Shown: one piece after another, positions 14,563 through 29,334 of the stretch | How the letters are laid out: the number at the start of each line of letters is the position of its first letter | How positions within the stretch are numbered: the stretch's first letter is position 1 | Position numbers and translations under genes: made by a program | The notes under the pieces: model-generated | What the model was told of the DNA's origin: nothing | Database searches by the model: none | The model's input: only the letters and a program-made list of their open reading frames with translations | Origin: Octopus vulgaris | Lineage: Eukaryota | Length of the DNA stretch: 64,000 nucleotides | Assembly (NCBI GenBank): GCA_951406725.2 | Contig: OX597815.1 | Location: 138,198,001-138,262,000 of the forward strand | Direction: 5' to 3'

Positions 14563-14961
14563 TATAAGCTACTGGACCCGCTGGTTTCTCTTAGCTTATT
14601 GCTGTTTTAATTATACAAATTACCCTAGATCTTTAATACTCCTTTGTAAAATGTCTATATCATATGCATGCTGAAATGCCCATGTCGTCTATTGAGGTAC
14701 AAGCACTGTCCATAGTTTTCTTCTTGTGTCCAGATAAAACAGGCTACCAGGGCGGCCTATTTTATCTGGAGACAAAAAGTTTCGAAAAAGAAGGTGTTTG
14801 GAAGCAAGGAGTTGCGAAAAATTCTTTGATTCATGAGATTATCTCGCCTTCTCATCGAATGTATATAAATATAAACTTTATATTGTATAATCATTAATTT
14901 ATCTTTATTCTTCTTTGTTGTCCAAATTCACACAACTAACCAGACCCTTTCTTTGTATATA

Positions 14962-15287
14962 CGAGGATAAGCTGAAAAGTTCCTAGACTGACTTTGAAGG
15001 CGTGACGCTTGAACTGTGAAATTGTGCATGCTTTAATTCCAGCACTTAATAATAACTGCATTGTTTCTTTCAAGGTAAACAGACACCACATTGTTTAAAG
15101 AAAACTTCAAAAGTAATTAGTAGGCGCAGGAGTGTCTGCGAGGTAAATAACTTGCTTACCAACCACATGGTTCTGGGTCCCACTGCGTGGCACCTTGAGC
15201 AAGTGACTTCTACTATAGCCTCGGGCCGACCAAAGCCTTGTGAGTGGTTTGGTAGACGGAAACTGAAAGAATCCCGTCGTATATATG

Positions 15288-15326
<39 letters not shown>

Positions 15327-16654
15327 ATATGTTTGTGTGTCTGTGTTTGTCCTCCCAACATCGCTTGACAATCGATGCTGGTGTGTTTACACCCCCGTAA
15401 CTTAGCGGTTCGGCAAAAGAGACCAATAGAATAAGTACTAGGCTTACAAAGAATAAGTCCTGGGGTCGATTTGCTCGACTAAAAAGGTGGTGCTCCAGTA
15501 TGGCCACAGTCAAATGACTGAAACAAGTAAAAGAGTAAAGAGTAGCAGCTTCTTTTGAAAATCGACAAAATTTGACATCGTGCTGTTATCAAGTACCTGT
15601 AGAAAAACGGTTAGACCAGCAAGATATTCATGCTGTCATGGTTGCTACATTAGGGGATTGCGCTCCAAGTTTTGTCAACAGTGCAAAAGTGGGTAGCTGA
15701 TTTTAAGAGGAGAAGGGAGAGTCTTGAATTTGACCTGAGGTCTAGACGTCCTGCAACTACCACAACTGAAAAAAAACATTGATCGTGTTCACCACATGAT
15801 GATGGATAACAGGCGATTGACAATAAATCCAATACCCAATCCTATTAGTATATTCCATGAAAGAGTTGGGAATATCGAGCTCAATGATCTTGGTATGACG
15901 AAGGTTTCAGCTCAGTGGGTGTCACATCTTCTGCCATCTCATCAAGAGTACCCCACGCTTATCACGTCACTGGAAGATCTGACGTTGTTTGAGGTAGAGA
16001 TAGCTGGTTTCCATGAAGTAAGGATGAGTGTTGGGTTCATCACTTTGAGCCAGAGACACAGACAATCGATGCAGTGGAAACAACCCTCCTCTCCTGCTCC
16101 AAAGAAGTTCAAGGTCGTTTCATCTGCAGGGACGGTGGTGGACTCATTTGTTTTTGGCTACAAAAGGTATTGTATTTATTGACTATCTTCAAAAGGGCGA
16201 AACCATCAATGTACTATTTCAACTTACTGAGGCAGTTACAAAAGGCTATCAAGACCAAATGCACAAGAAAACTGATGAAAGAAGTCTTGTTTCATCTGGA
16301 CAATGCTCCAGTATACAAGTCGCTGCTTTCAATGGCTCCTGTGCTTGACTGCGGATTTGAACTGGTTGATCAGCCTGCCTATTCTCCTGATATGATCTCA
16401 TCTGGCTATCATCTGTTCTCCAACAGGAAAAAAAAAAACAAAACACTTGGCTGTGAACGAGTTTTGCAGTGGTGATGACGTCATATCTGTTCTTGGTGAC
16501 TGTTTTGTCCAACACAATGACAGCTTCATCAATGAAATGCACTCACTGCAACAATAATAGAAGTGTTTGGAGACTATATTGAAAAATAAACTTTATTTGG
16601 TCGCATTCTATGAAAATAACTTGATCAGCCTATGAACTTTTCAGCCGACCCTTG
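14962..16654 (+). mobile_element. Mariner (Tc1/mariner) DNA transposon with pseudogenised transposase
   Basis: TA-flanked imperfect TIRs (cgaggataagctgaaaagttcctagactga vs reverse complement caagggtcggctgaaaagttcataggctga); motifs AQWVSHLL (WVPHEL), SMQW, KGIVFIDYLQKGETIN, FHLDNAP, PAYSPDMISSGYHLF in shifted frames. Confidence 0.9.
15123..15543 (+). mobile_element. SINE family B nested in the mariner
   Basis: tRNA-like head ggcgcaggagt...gcttaccaaccacatgg, internal (TA)n(TG)n tract, tail gactgaaacaagtaaaagagta; matches three other copies. Confidence 0.9.
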
Positions 16655-16719
16655 TATGTAAATGTATTTCTCTCACTCTCCCACCCACTGTCTCTTTCTC
16701 TCTCTCTTTATATAAATAT

Positions 16720-18050
16720 GCTAAGGAGATCTGCCCGCTATACAGGAGTAAACCCCGGAACTACACATTAAAGGACCAGAAAAAGGATAGATAAGGCTAA
16801 CTCATGATATAACAACAATAAATACCAGAGTGTCATGTTCGTTGATGTTACCCCTGGCGGCGAACCTTTTTAGAAAAACATTTGATAAGGCCAATCTACG
16901 ATTAAAGTAGTAGAAAGGCCCGGTGCCACCATAAAATCTCTGATCGGTAGAACTTATCCCTTCGATAGGTCCCCACATACGGAGAGCAATTGTATTGTAT
17001 GTAGGATGAACCCACAGGTTAACTGTAGGGTTAGGAATATGGTGTATTGCTTACGATGTACAGAGGGACGGTGTAGAAACATGACAACTACTTACATTGG
17101 AGAGACAACACGCAGTATAGTGGGATGTATAGGTGAACTCTGGCGAGAGCTCAAAAGGAGAAAGGTTTATCAGTGCTCTACCAACATGCTCAAGCAGAAC
17201 ATAGAGGCTCGGTTAAATGCACAGATGTTAAGGTATTATCAACGTATAGAACTGATACGACACTTAGATCACAGAGGCTATAAAAATAACAATAGACAGA
17301 CCTAAGCCTAAACAGAAAACATGAATAGAACAATAACACCCACCACCACACCACCCCACACAACATGACGACTAAAGACAGAAGGGAAAATAGATACAGT
17401 GCAATACACACACAATAGATAAATATGCACATACCTATAATAAATGTAATAAATATTGATAGAAAAAAGGCTGTATAAAGAGCATGATAGAAACAACATA
17501 GGAAGTGAAGCTACATACACGCACAAATAGTAACTTCACCTACAGCCGCATTCAGAACACGACCAACAACAGCAACAGTGGTAACAGCAGCAGCAGCAAC
17601 AACAACAACAACAACAACAACTACCACGATGGCAGCTGCGTGGATGAACACACATACACAGAGAGATATAGGACAATACCAAAAGTCGGGTTCTAGGGCA
17701 GCCGCAGCGACAAAGGGGAGGGGACGGGGCTAAGGGGAGGGTCATTATGCTACTAGGAACAATGACAGACACACACACACACACACACATGTACACACAC
17801 TTACAAATACGGAAGCGAACGTATGCGCATATAAGGAAGGATACGTATTATAGAAGAACAGAATGGAATAAGCGGAGCAAGAGCACACACAAAGACGGAA
17901 AGTGTCATTGAAGAGGTCACGAACGTGTGACGAAAGGCTTCCGGACAATGGACATGAGTTAGAATAAGAACAGTAATAAACGAGTGAAGAACGAATACAT
18001 AGTGCGTGTGTTTATTTTGCAAAAAAAATGACCTCCCGAAATACAATACA
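16720..18050 (+). mobile_element. 5'-truncated Penelope-like element (GIY-YIG + 3' region)
   Basis: ORF 17006-17305 CRVRNMVYCLRC...C...TYIGETTRS is a GIY-YIG signature, preceded by SVMFVDVTPGG / LKVVERPG..IKSL / CIVC; hammerhead-like motif near 17905. Confidence 0.75.
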
Positions 18051-18077
18051 TGCACACATACGTACATACATACATAC

Positions 18078-18131
<54 letters not shown>

Positions 18132-18132
<1 letters not shown>

Positions 18133-18377
18133 GAGGCTCGTGGCTTAGTGGTTAGGGTGTCAGCATCATGATCGTAAGATTGTGGTTTCGATTCCTGGAC
18201 CGGGCGACGCGTTGTGTTCTGGAGCAAAACACTTCATTTCACGTTGCTCCAGTCCACTCAGCTGGCAAAAATGAGTAACGCTGCGATGGACTGGCATCCA
18301 GTCCAGCTGGGGAACATATACGCCATAGAAACCGGGAAACCGGACCCATGGACCTGACTAGGCTTTAAAAGGCGCAT
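18132..18377 (+). mobile_element. SINE family C (tRNA-derived)
   Basis: A-box-like tggcttagtgg and B-box-like gtttcgattcc; sits between microsatellites. Confidence 0.85.
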
Positions 18378-19956
18378 ATATATATATATACATATATATA
18401 TACACACATACATATATAGGTATATAGTACAAACACCATGCACTGCAGTTCACTTTCTCGGAGATAGTGACATAGGCTGAATTCTCATTTCCGTTATTTT
18501 ATTTGATTTGCTTCTCTTAATACCCGTTATTTCCAGCCTGAAGAGGCATGCTGTCTTGATCTCCACGCAGTAGCTGTATCCAAAAGTTTGGCGGAGCGTT
18601 TCGATATATATATCTTTTGGTCTGACAATAAGTTGGTGACGCAATGAACGAATAGAAAAATCAAGTTTAAAGCCTCCATTTTAAATTGAAAAATTTACGC
18701 ATGAAAAATTAAAACTTATTGTAAATATGGATAGAAAGTTATCTATAAATTTAGATTTTATCCTTAGAGAGACATTAGACTGAGACAATTAATTAAAAAA
18801 ACACTTTTAGAAGATTTCTGATTTAAATTATCTTTCAACCAGTCATTAATCAACATCTTCAATTAATGGAATTAATTATTTTTGCAGTTCTTTATCGATC
18901 AAAACCTTTCAGCTATGGTGGGAAATAGTTAAATCACTTTAGTGTATCAAAACATAATATAATCAATAACTCTCTGTTAATTCAAAATGAACATACCTGG
19001 CTGAAACTAAATAAGATTTCACGTATGTGATAAATTTGGATATTGCAATCTTTCTAAATATTTGTGCCTCAGGAAATATATGAAGTGAAATATTTATTTC
19101 GATTTTCTCTTCCCAAGACATCAATTAATAAGAAGCTTAAATGGTTTATTTGCAGCACGAAGTAAATAATAATCAAATTCATGGAAAGTAATGATCAGTT
19201 TGCTATACGAAAATACATTTAATCCAAGTTATGTTGGAAATATTGAAAATATAATATACCAAACAGTGTAGTTCAGAATTAATTGCGGATGTTACGTCTC
19301 AACTGAAATATGATAAAAATACCATTTTATGCTAATAATACTAATAACTCTAATCCAATCACGTGTGACTGAACGATTTATAAATTTGCGTTTATTTCAC
19401 AAATCATTATTATTCTCTGTGAATATGTTTCTAGGAAACTAATTATACAAACAAAATTTTAAGATTTCTGTTTCTAACATGACCATTCAGATGAATTGAA
19501 TATATCAGTTTCCATTTGCATCAGAAATATCTGTCTGTTAAGCGGAGGTTGATAAATTTGCTAACGTCTTGCTGTTGTTTAGATCCTCATTTTCGTAGAG
19601 GCCATTCTATCCTTTCGAAACACCCTGTATCTCCCACTATATTATCCTATGCGTCGTTCTTTTCTCCGATGATAAATGATACTTTGACGGAGATTTGGCT
19701 GCTATATTTAGCAAGCCAAGCAACGGCGTTGAAACTCCAACGATGGCTGCCGAAGGAGCTCCTTAATTTCTCGAAGAAGTTATAGGTGCATTAACACTCT
19801 CACAGTTGACACAGCAAAGATTTCCTTCGGTGTTATCTACACAGACAAGACCATCAAAAATTAAAAGAAACATGTATTTGTATAAATATAAAGCAATATT
19901 TGGAGATATATTTAGAATTATATACTTTTGATATCATTTATGTATGTTTGTATGCA

Positions 19957-20047
<91 letters not shown>
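19957..20047. repeat. (CTAT)n microsatellite
   Basis: Direct reading. Confidence 0.97.
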
Positions 20048-20051
20048 ATAT

Positions 20052-20319
20052 GGAGGCATATGGCCTAGTAGTTAGAGCAGCGGACTCGCGGTCGAGGGAT
20101 CGTGGGATGTGTGTGTTTATGAGTGAAACACCTAAGCTCCACGCGGCTCCGACAGAAGGTAATGCCGAACTTCTGCTGACTCTTTCACCACTGTTTCCTC
20201 CAGCATCTTGCAGCTCACCTGCGACATACCGGCGTCCAGTTTAGGTGGGGAACCTATACGCCAAGGAAACCGGGAAACCGACCCTTATGAGCCTGGCGTG
20301 GCTCGAGAAGGAACAAACA
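20052..20319 (+). mobile_element. SINE related to family C
   Basis: tRNA-like head tggcctagtagttagagcagcggactc; 3' part gaaaccgggaaaccg shared with the 18132 copy. Confidence 0.7.
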
Positions 20320-21242
20320 ATATATATATATATACATATATCTTAATAATTGTTATTGCTCTTATGCATTGGATTGAATTATGCCACGTTAGCTGCCCAA
20401 CAGAAATAAATCGATTAATTTACCATACCAAAATCCCAGCAACTTAAACTGTAATGTAAGATATTTAGCTGTTACGATTTTTGCTTGGAATCTTTTTTCA
20501 TTTTGTTTAAAAGAGACATTTTAATTATATTTAAAAACGAAAAGTAAAAGCCTACCTAGCCCGAAGCTGATTTTATCTTTAAATATTTAAATACATTGCA
20601 TGTTAACGTGTTTGAAGCATTTGCTTTACATATAAGTAAATATATTTGTATTTCCGTTAAGTTTCTACTATTCACAAAGTAAAAGTAGCATTTAATCTTG
20701 AAAACTATTATAATAATCAATAAAACTTTGCCAGAAAGTTAAAATCTAATGAGTCCTAGCATCTAATTTGAATAATGAATACGATAATCTAGAAATTCCT
20801 GTACGTAAGAAAGAGGAGAAGGACGAGGAAGAATATGTCATCATTCTTGCTAGATTAAGTTATAGTTACAAGATGGCATCTATTTGATAAAATACACATT
20901 TCTAAGAATTGATTTGATAAAATATCATACATATGTCTGATTTATTGAAATGATTATTACAAGTAAAGAAGATAGGTAATTTTATTCACTTTTCAGTCTT
21001 TTCATTTGAGTAATAACAAACAACACTAATAATGTATGAATATGTCACATACTTATTTTAATAATTCAAATGGCTTTGCAGATAAGGAATAGAATTTTGT
21101 GGCTAAAGAAAATGACTCAATCAGTTTTTTAGGATGTACAAAATCATGTTAGGATTTACACAGTTATTCTGGTACAAATATAATTTATTATTCACTATGA
21201 TAAAGATTCAGCCGCGCAATGTTTCTGTAAAAGTTAATGAAT

Positions 21243-21247
21243 CACAC

Positions 21248-21307
<60 letters not shown>

Positions 21308-21370
21308 GCGCGCGCGCACACACACACGCGCACACACACATACACACACACACACACATACACACACACA
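21243..21370. repeat. (CA)n/(CG)n microsatellite
   Basis: Direct reading. Confidence 0.97.
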
Positions 21371-22999
21371 TTTGTACATTCTCAGCAGATTTAGTTTTCT
21401 CCACGGAATATCACTGTGTCGTGTTTTGAAGTCTTTTCAATATATATCGTTTGCTAAATGTCATTGAGTTTCAAAACATTAAATCAATCGGCAGTAAAAG
21501 CTTAAACGTAGTGTGATTCAGCTAAACTTTTTTTTTTATATCGATCGTAAAATGACATTTTATCTTTTGATGAAAAAAGTAAATAATATGCTGATAGAAA
21601 GAAGAACGGAATATAGCATCCCATTGAGATTTGTTTGAAAAATGCAAAAAAGTAGCATAGATACGTCAAATTTAATTCCTCCACATAAGCTTCTACTGAT
21701 TCCACATATAACTGTAGAACAAAACGTGAATTCTGTCATTTCAACCAATACAAAGTAGCCTCTATTTGCAACAGTAAAATAATTAAGCATTGTGTTGAAA
21801 TGTGACGAAATTATGAAGTTTCAACAATGTTTACATGATTTATTAAACCTACTGTTTTTAATTAGTTTATCTCAAGAAATTGATAACTAGGCAACACTTG
21901 AAACGTTCATAACTATAACGTATCATTTAATAAAGATACTTGTCAACGTGGAAAGCAAAAAATAGAAATTTCGGACAAATCTTCTCTCTCTCTATATATA
22001 AGACGCACACATATTGCTCTTTAACCGGTTTAGGTTATTGGGCTACAACCAAACAAGGTCAGTCTCGTGAGGTTTATTCTGGACTTGCGCCTGGTGTTTA
22101 ATGAATTAAGAAATTTGATGTTACTGCTCTCACCTCTGACTCATATTGCAATGTGGGTTAAGCAATAAGCAATTTTCCGGTGCGGTAACGGTTCTGCTAG
22201 CTCGCCGCCTTAGACATGTTCGTAATAGGGACAGTAACAAAATGAAATTAGAGAAAGAATGAGTGAATGGATCCACCATTTTCTCTTACCACAATTTATC
22301 CTACATATTTCTTCCTCCCTCTCTGCTATCTCCAAAACTCGACGATTGCTTTCGTTTCTTGATTTTCGTGCCCATTATAAATATATCCCATGTAATCTCT
22401 ATTTCGTCTATATTTCTTGGCATTCGCTGTCGTATAGCACTTTTCCAAAATGATAAAATTTCAGTTATGCAAACGCAACTTCTTTTCCTTTTTCCAAAGG
22501 TAGGCTATAAACAGGAAGACAAGAGAGTAGAGCTATATGTGGGTCATTTAATATTATAGGCACTGCGCATTTGGTAGTTATAGTACTGGGAAAATATGAG
22601 AGAGAAAGTGAAGAGAAGTTTATGTGTACAGCAAAAAATAAATAAATAAATAAATAATATAATCAATATTGCTATAGAGAAACATAAGGATGAGCATCAA
22701 AACACGAAAAGGATGGAAAATATAAAGAATAAATTCCATAGTCAGAAATGAAAGATATTGTATTTGGATTTGGGCCGACATGAAAGTAAAGGCACTTGGA
22801 AGAATACCAAAACAGCTGTTCAAGGGACAGAGAATCTTGTTATTGGTTTGTTCAGGAGGAAGATGTTGCATTTACGGCCTTTGAAAAACCTCTGAGATCT
22901 GTGGGGTTGGTATTGATCATATTCTACTAAGAAAAGCTGTTAGTTGACCACTATTGGAAAATATGGGCACAGATGGAATTCTTGAGAATAGAAGAAAGA

Positions 23000-23400
23000 A
23001 AGATCTTGTAAAACCGGTTGATATCCTTTTGGAACCAACTGATTTTTGTAGTACTGTTGGACAGATATCATTGTTTGGAAGACGTAAAACATATGAATCT
23101 GGCTGCAATTTATAGTGCACCCAATTTCTTCGCGATCTATTTACTTCAATAGAAATTAAGCAGTCTTTTTTTCAAATTTAGGTTATAACTTGAGATTCTT
23201 ATTATTGAGGACTTTAATCCCCCCGAAAATGATTTGCTCAAACATTTTAACTATAGTAATTTTCAAGCTGACTTTTTGAACTTCACTCTTCAGCAAAATT
23301 TACACCAATTTTTCCTGAAGTATACACGAATCTGAAAATCTAGTGGATTTTGTTTTCCCGACCACCCTATTTCAATTAGCAACAATAATTCAAACTATCT
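23000..23400 (+). mobile_element. Highly decayed LINE APE-endonuclease fragment (CR1/L2-like)
   Basis: ILIIEDFNPP (GDFNLP-like) near 23195 and LVDFVF (LDL-like) near 23340. Confidence 0.4.
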
Positions 23401-25552
23401 TTTTGCTGGAAACGTCTGGCTTATTTCGTCTAACTCTTTCAACTAATGGCAACAATCGCAATCAATCTGATGACAATTGTTTCTGATTTAGGTAAAAGTT
23501 TAACAATTTTGACGGGTTAGGGTTAATCAGTACCAACAACAGAGTACTTGGTTGGCACTTTATCGATCCCCGCGGAATAAAAAGACTAAGTTGATCTCAG
23601 TGAAATTTGAAATCAATATAAAAACATAAAAGAAATACCGAAAAACATTTCCTCGACGCTTTAATGCTTCACCAATTCCACCACCCTAGTAATCAATACG
23701 ACATAAATACTCTATTACGATGTAAACATATACATTATTGGGTTAAACTGCATGCCCAGACAAATGTAAAATGTTTTTATAACAACTTGATAGTAATACT
23801 ACTTCATGTAATTTATTTCCGTAAAGATGATTTTCATAGATTGTTATTTGCGTGGAATGGACTGGAATATCTAATTTCTTGATTCAGAAGAATCTATAAA
23901 TGAATATTTTGAATTGTTCTATTATATGTTCACATTATTTACAGATAAGTATATCAAGCTATAGGCTTGAGAATTCTCAAAAAACCGTGGTTATCTTAAA
24001 TCGGCGTTTTATAAATAACACATATAATCTTGGGAAAAATTTTAAAATTGAATTCATATGCCTATAGCAAGAAATTAAGTTCAATGATAAGTTGAATATT
24101 TTTGGAAAAAGAAATTTTTCTTCTAAAATCTAAAGACAATAAGAATGTTTTCTTAAATATAGCATTTATCTCATCCATAATACGTATGTGAATAGATCTG
24201 TGATAATGATAAAAAGCAAATGCCTTTAACCAGTATTTTGCTTCTCGACTAAATGTTGGCAATACCAACATCCTTTACAATATTTGAGAACAAAATACTG
24301 CATGATTGAATGACATATACATTGATGATACAGTAATATTCCGTTTTGCGGAAATTAAAAAAGGAAACGTACCACTGAACCAGATAGTTTTTTTTATCTA
24401 GATTTTGTACATAATGAGACATTAAGAATTTTACTTTGAAAATATGTTTGAACAGTGGAAGATTACCTGGTTCTGTTTATATGAAATTATTTTGACTCGG
24501 ACGTTAAAAACGACCGACCTTTATTGTTTAACATGTGATATCTATTACACTGTATAACGAAATTTAATTTTTTTTGTCTTTGGTCAGTAAGTATTATTTC
24601 CTATTTACTTCTATCTAGAAATCAAAAGAAAAGATACATATTCTCTTCAAACGTTGCTTTTGTGACCTGGATATCAATGTTTTGAAACTGATCTATTTTC
24701 CGTTACATTTCAGGCAGATTCAGCTCTGAGTTGTTGGAGCACAAATAGCGTTGTAGTAAATATTCTGCTCAATACCACAGATTTACTTGTAAGTTGCCTG
24801 ACCATAACTACTTGAGCATGTCACTTAGTGGCTGATAATATGTGCATCTCTGATCATGAACATGAGTTGTTGGAGACCATCAAAGTCATGTGTTGAGAGG
24901 GATTCTATGGGGTTTGAATAAATGTAACAAATGTAACGTTTGAAGGGAATATTAATAATTTTTTAATACTTTCTAGAGGTAAGCAAATAGGAAATAACAG
25001 TTGCTACCCAAGGATAAAAATCCTGTTACCCTGTTAATAGTGTGAATATATTTTGTATGAAACAATGCTGCATTTCGTACAGAACAGTTTAAGTAATTTA
25101 CAACAATGACTTAGTAAGACACGGTCAGCTATTACAAATAAAATTGAAAGCTACAACGTAAATACTTCGGTTTCGTTTGTCATGTCATGTGCCTAGTTCC
25201 CTAAAATGCGTTTGATAGTATCTTGCTTGAAAAGGTTCGATCAACATTTGGTATTTTTGAAAAAGTATTGTGAAATTTCAAAGATTAACTTCTTTCAACG
25301 CAGGAAATGTGTTAAGGTTAGAAAAATATTCTGTAACTAGTTACCTGTGACTTCTGAAATTACTTAGAGCAGTGAATGAACCATTACATTTCGTATATAT
25401 ATATATACATATACACAACACCATTTGCTTATCAGATGACTTCATTGCTCCTGTAGCGTATTTAAGAGACTTTGGATTTATTATTCAGAACGAAGCATAT
25501 TTCTAATATTGTCAATATCAAAAATATAGAGATGCTATTGAATAATCTTAAA

Positions 25553-25935
25553 GGCGTAGCTGTGTAGTAAGAAGCTTGCTTCCCAACCCCATGTTTCCAG
25601 GTTCAGGCCTACTACGTGGCACCTTCGGTGGTGTTTTCTACTATAACCTCGGTCCGACCAAGGCCTTGTGATTGGATTTGGTAGATAGAAACTGATGCGT
25701 ATATATTTATGTGTGTCTTTGTGCCTGTGTTTGTCCCCCCACCATCGCTTGACAATGGATGTTGGCGTGTTCATGTCCCCGTAAATTAGCGGTTCCACAA
25801 AATAGATCGATAGAATGAGTACTAGGTTTACAAAGAAAAATCCTGAGGTCGATTTCATCGATCAAAGGCGGTGCTCCGGGATGGCCGCAGTCAAATGAAT
25901 GAAACGTATAAAGAGTAAAAAATGAGCAAAAGAGT
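25553..25935 (+). mobile_element. SINE family B
   Basis: Colinear with the 15123 and 55092 copies. Confidence 0.88.
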
Positions 25936-28892
25936 AAATATATATAAAGAACATCACTCTATCACATAGTACAAAAAACATTCCTTGCATTACGGAGACT
26001 AATCTGTATACAAAAGATAAAATACAGGTAAAAACAAATCGCTGCACGTGCCCAAGTTACTCGGAGGTTCGCGTGAGAATGCAATGAAACAACGTGATAA
26101 TAGCAAAACTACGGAAATAATAAAAAGAAAGCAAATCCATCATGCAATACTTAGACATCAGAAAAATAGAATATATTTCCGAATGAGAAATAGGATTATC
26201 TTCTCTGAAAACAATATGGCTGTGTAATAAGAAGCTTGCTTCCCAACTACATGGTTCCGGATTCCGTACTCTACCCATGTACGGCCTAAAGCATTTTAGG
26301 TGACATTTTTGCAAGATGTGGTACATTCTTGAGTGAAGAATTGAACTATAATACTGAGTTAGTTTTGATCTGCCTGAAAAGTCAATTGTGATAGGTTTGT
26401 ATCCTATCAAGAAGGAATTTTGTTTCCTACCAGTTTAATGTTAAAGAAAGGGAAAATAAACACCCAATCAGCAGATATTGGAAATCTATGGAAAGAAACA
26501 AATATTTACTTTCGTAGAAGTTATCCACTACGCACCAACATGCATTAAATACTTGTACAATAATTTCTCTCCCAAAGAGCTTTGGAATTGTCTGCTTATG
26601 GTTTTCTGACATGCTATACCACCCATTAAATAAACTAAACAGTGCACGAATCAATCAACCAAAATATTCCTAATACTTTGTTGCTTCCATTTAAAAGAAA
26701 TTTCTTATGAAATCTACCAGCTTGATTCATTGCTTCATGTTTATTTCCAGAACATATCCGTCAGAAATTTCCTTTTTAGCAACCTCTTTCAGTAAATGTA
26801 TTCGGACGCCAGAAAAACTAATAGTGAATCAAAAATAATATTTCGCATTTGTATAGAAGTGAGTTGATAAGAATTTTATACGCAGCTCTATTTTATGTCT
26901 AAGCGAGTCAACTAGGAACCCTCTACGCGGTCACTAGACGTGCTAGAAATAGCAAGCAAGTTTTCAAATCACACCTTAATGCAAACGCATTGAACATGTA
27001 ATCCTAGGTAAAAGAAAAAAACCGGGAAGGTCATGGAAAATACTCTTTTGATCATAGATCTCCTTAACCAGAGTTAGCCAGGGTTTAAACAACAATGTAT
27101 GTATTTAAGTGTAAAATAAAATTTATTTTATTGTAAACTATAATTCATTTGAAAGCGCTTTATTGATTATGGTATGACACTTGAATGGCTCTCACATTTG
27201 AACTCGGTCTTTCAATTCCTAGCAGATGTATACTGCTCATTAGTGGAATACGTTATCTTTCATATATGTTAGGATTATAACCTCTTTTTGAAAGCAAAAC
27301 AAGTTAATTAACGAAAATTCTTATAAGGTAAATTAATTTATTGATAGATAAATGTTAACAAAGTAATAATTAGGAAACAAATTTTCAAATGTTCAAAACA
27401 GCAACTAATATGTTTTATCATCTTTGTTCTTTGAACCTTCAAAAGACTTAACTTTTCCCTAATATTTGATAATATACATATAAAATATAATTTATAAAAT
27501 ATTTGCTTTAAATTTCATGAATGAAATAATGACTATACCTTTACTTTGAACTGGCTGATATGAAAATCAATTAAAGTTCCTCGGAGATGTGTTCTAATAC
27601 GAGTATACCTTAACGGATTATAAAAGAACTTAATATTATTTCAATTTATTTTATAATTATTTGAATTATATTTATTGTTTTGCTATTTTATTCTTCTAGT
27701 ATCTATTTAACTATCTAGTGGCATGCTTTCGTAAACATGCGTATCTCACCGGAGGTTTATCGCAAATATTTATTCGATGATATTTATACAATTGGAAAAC
27801 TTGCTTAAAAATCAATAGATAACAAATTATCTTTTTAAATAGATTAAGCTGATTTTAACTGCAATTTCAGGAAAATCCCCAGAAGTAATTGTTACTGCAA
27901 AAACTTGAAGACATCATAAATAAACTGATATGAAGGTACTTATTTTGATAAAGTAATCACAAAGGTTTCATATAAAAAACACTGAGATAGTATTACGGCA
28001 AGAATCTTCAATTATTTCAGTGCTGTTTAGTTCTATTCAAGTATATGTATGATCAAAAGCGTTGTAACCGTGTATTATCCTATCTTTTCAAACATACTCT
28101 ACATTTTCAGTATGTCCAATTTTTGAGTCAGTAGGCTGCAATTTAAAAGGAACTTGATTTCTATTTCTAGCAGGTCGAACGACCAGGTACAAGTTCCCAT
28201 ATTTCGTCTTGATAGACAACGAAAAAATGTTCTGGAGAAGAATGTAAGGCTAGCGCTGTACTGTCCATTTTTTTTTATTGATGGCAAAATTGCTTCCTAT
28301 CTTTGTTGCATTTCGTTGATAAATTTGTTTTGGTGGTTTTATGGTAGACATGCAAGCCCCTTGTCCTGATACCAAACAATTGTAGATTACGTATTTTCCA
28401 TATATTGTACAGTTGCTTCCTCTTTGATGGTAGTTCAACTTATACTGCAATGAAACTGTCATATGAATTTTTCTTTTTTAATTACAATATCTTGGTGTAT
28501 TCTTGTAGAGATACTTTAGGTGCTCAAAAGTGAAAGTAGTCCGAATCTCAGATTCATTTAACCGATCGTATTACTGTATTAGTAAATATTCCAGTTGGGC
28601 CGCAAATCTGATGATGCCTGTATGTTTCCCCACGAAGAACCACTATTTGTGTTCTGGTCGTAGCAGAAATATTAAGGCCAGGCAAATCTATGACTTCCAA
28701 AGAAAATTTACGCTAATTTGAAAACAAGGCAAACATACTGAAATGTAAAATACCAAATTATATATTCATATATATTCGTAACATTCAGTGCGGGCTCTAA
28801 ATTCTATAGAAAATCTGTAGCGATAAATTACACACACACATACACACACACACACGTGTGTGTGTGTGTGTATATACATGTATATATACAGG

Positions 28893-28926
<34 letters not shown>

Positions 28927-29334
28927 ACACACACACATAGATGTTGTACAAATGCATGCATGGGAATGTTTCATTTAATCTCATAAGATTTCATTGAAAC
29001 ATAAATTTTATCATTATTTGTATTTGCATTTAATGAGGATCTATGCCTTTCACCTGCCCTTTCTTCACTTGGAATTAAACTGTCAAAACGGGATTGCTCT
29101 GACTTGGAAAATGTATTTCTACAATAATTACAAAAAACAAGTAACACCGAAAGAGGAATTGATTATTATATAATATTTACTTTTCAGAGTTCAAACCAAA
29201 TGCATCAATTGGAATAGATTGTAAAGAGGGAATATTACTTGAGTGAGGGAATATTAAATAGATGCAGGGTTAAGTGTGGTATATTCGCTGTTTAATGCAT
29301 GTTCTATTGCAACTTAAACACTTTTCACTAAACA

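Noticed and set aside
26427-26830. Possible LTR-retrotransposon integrase remnant
   Set aside because: Only a vague GR..V...C pattern; not enough to support.
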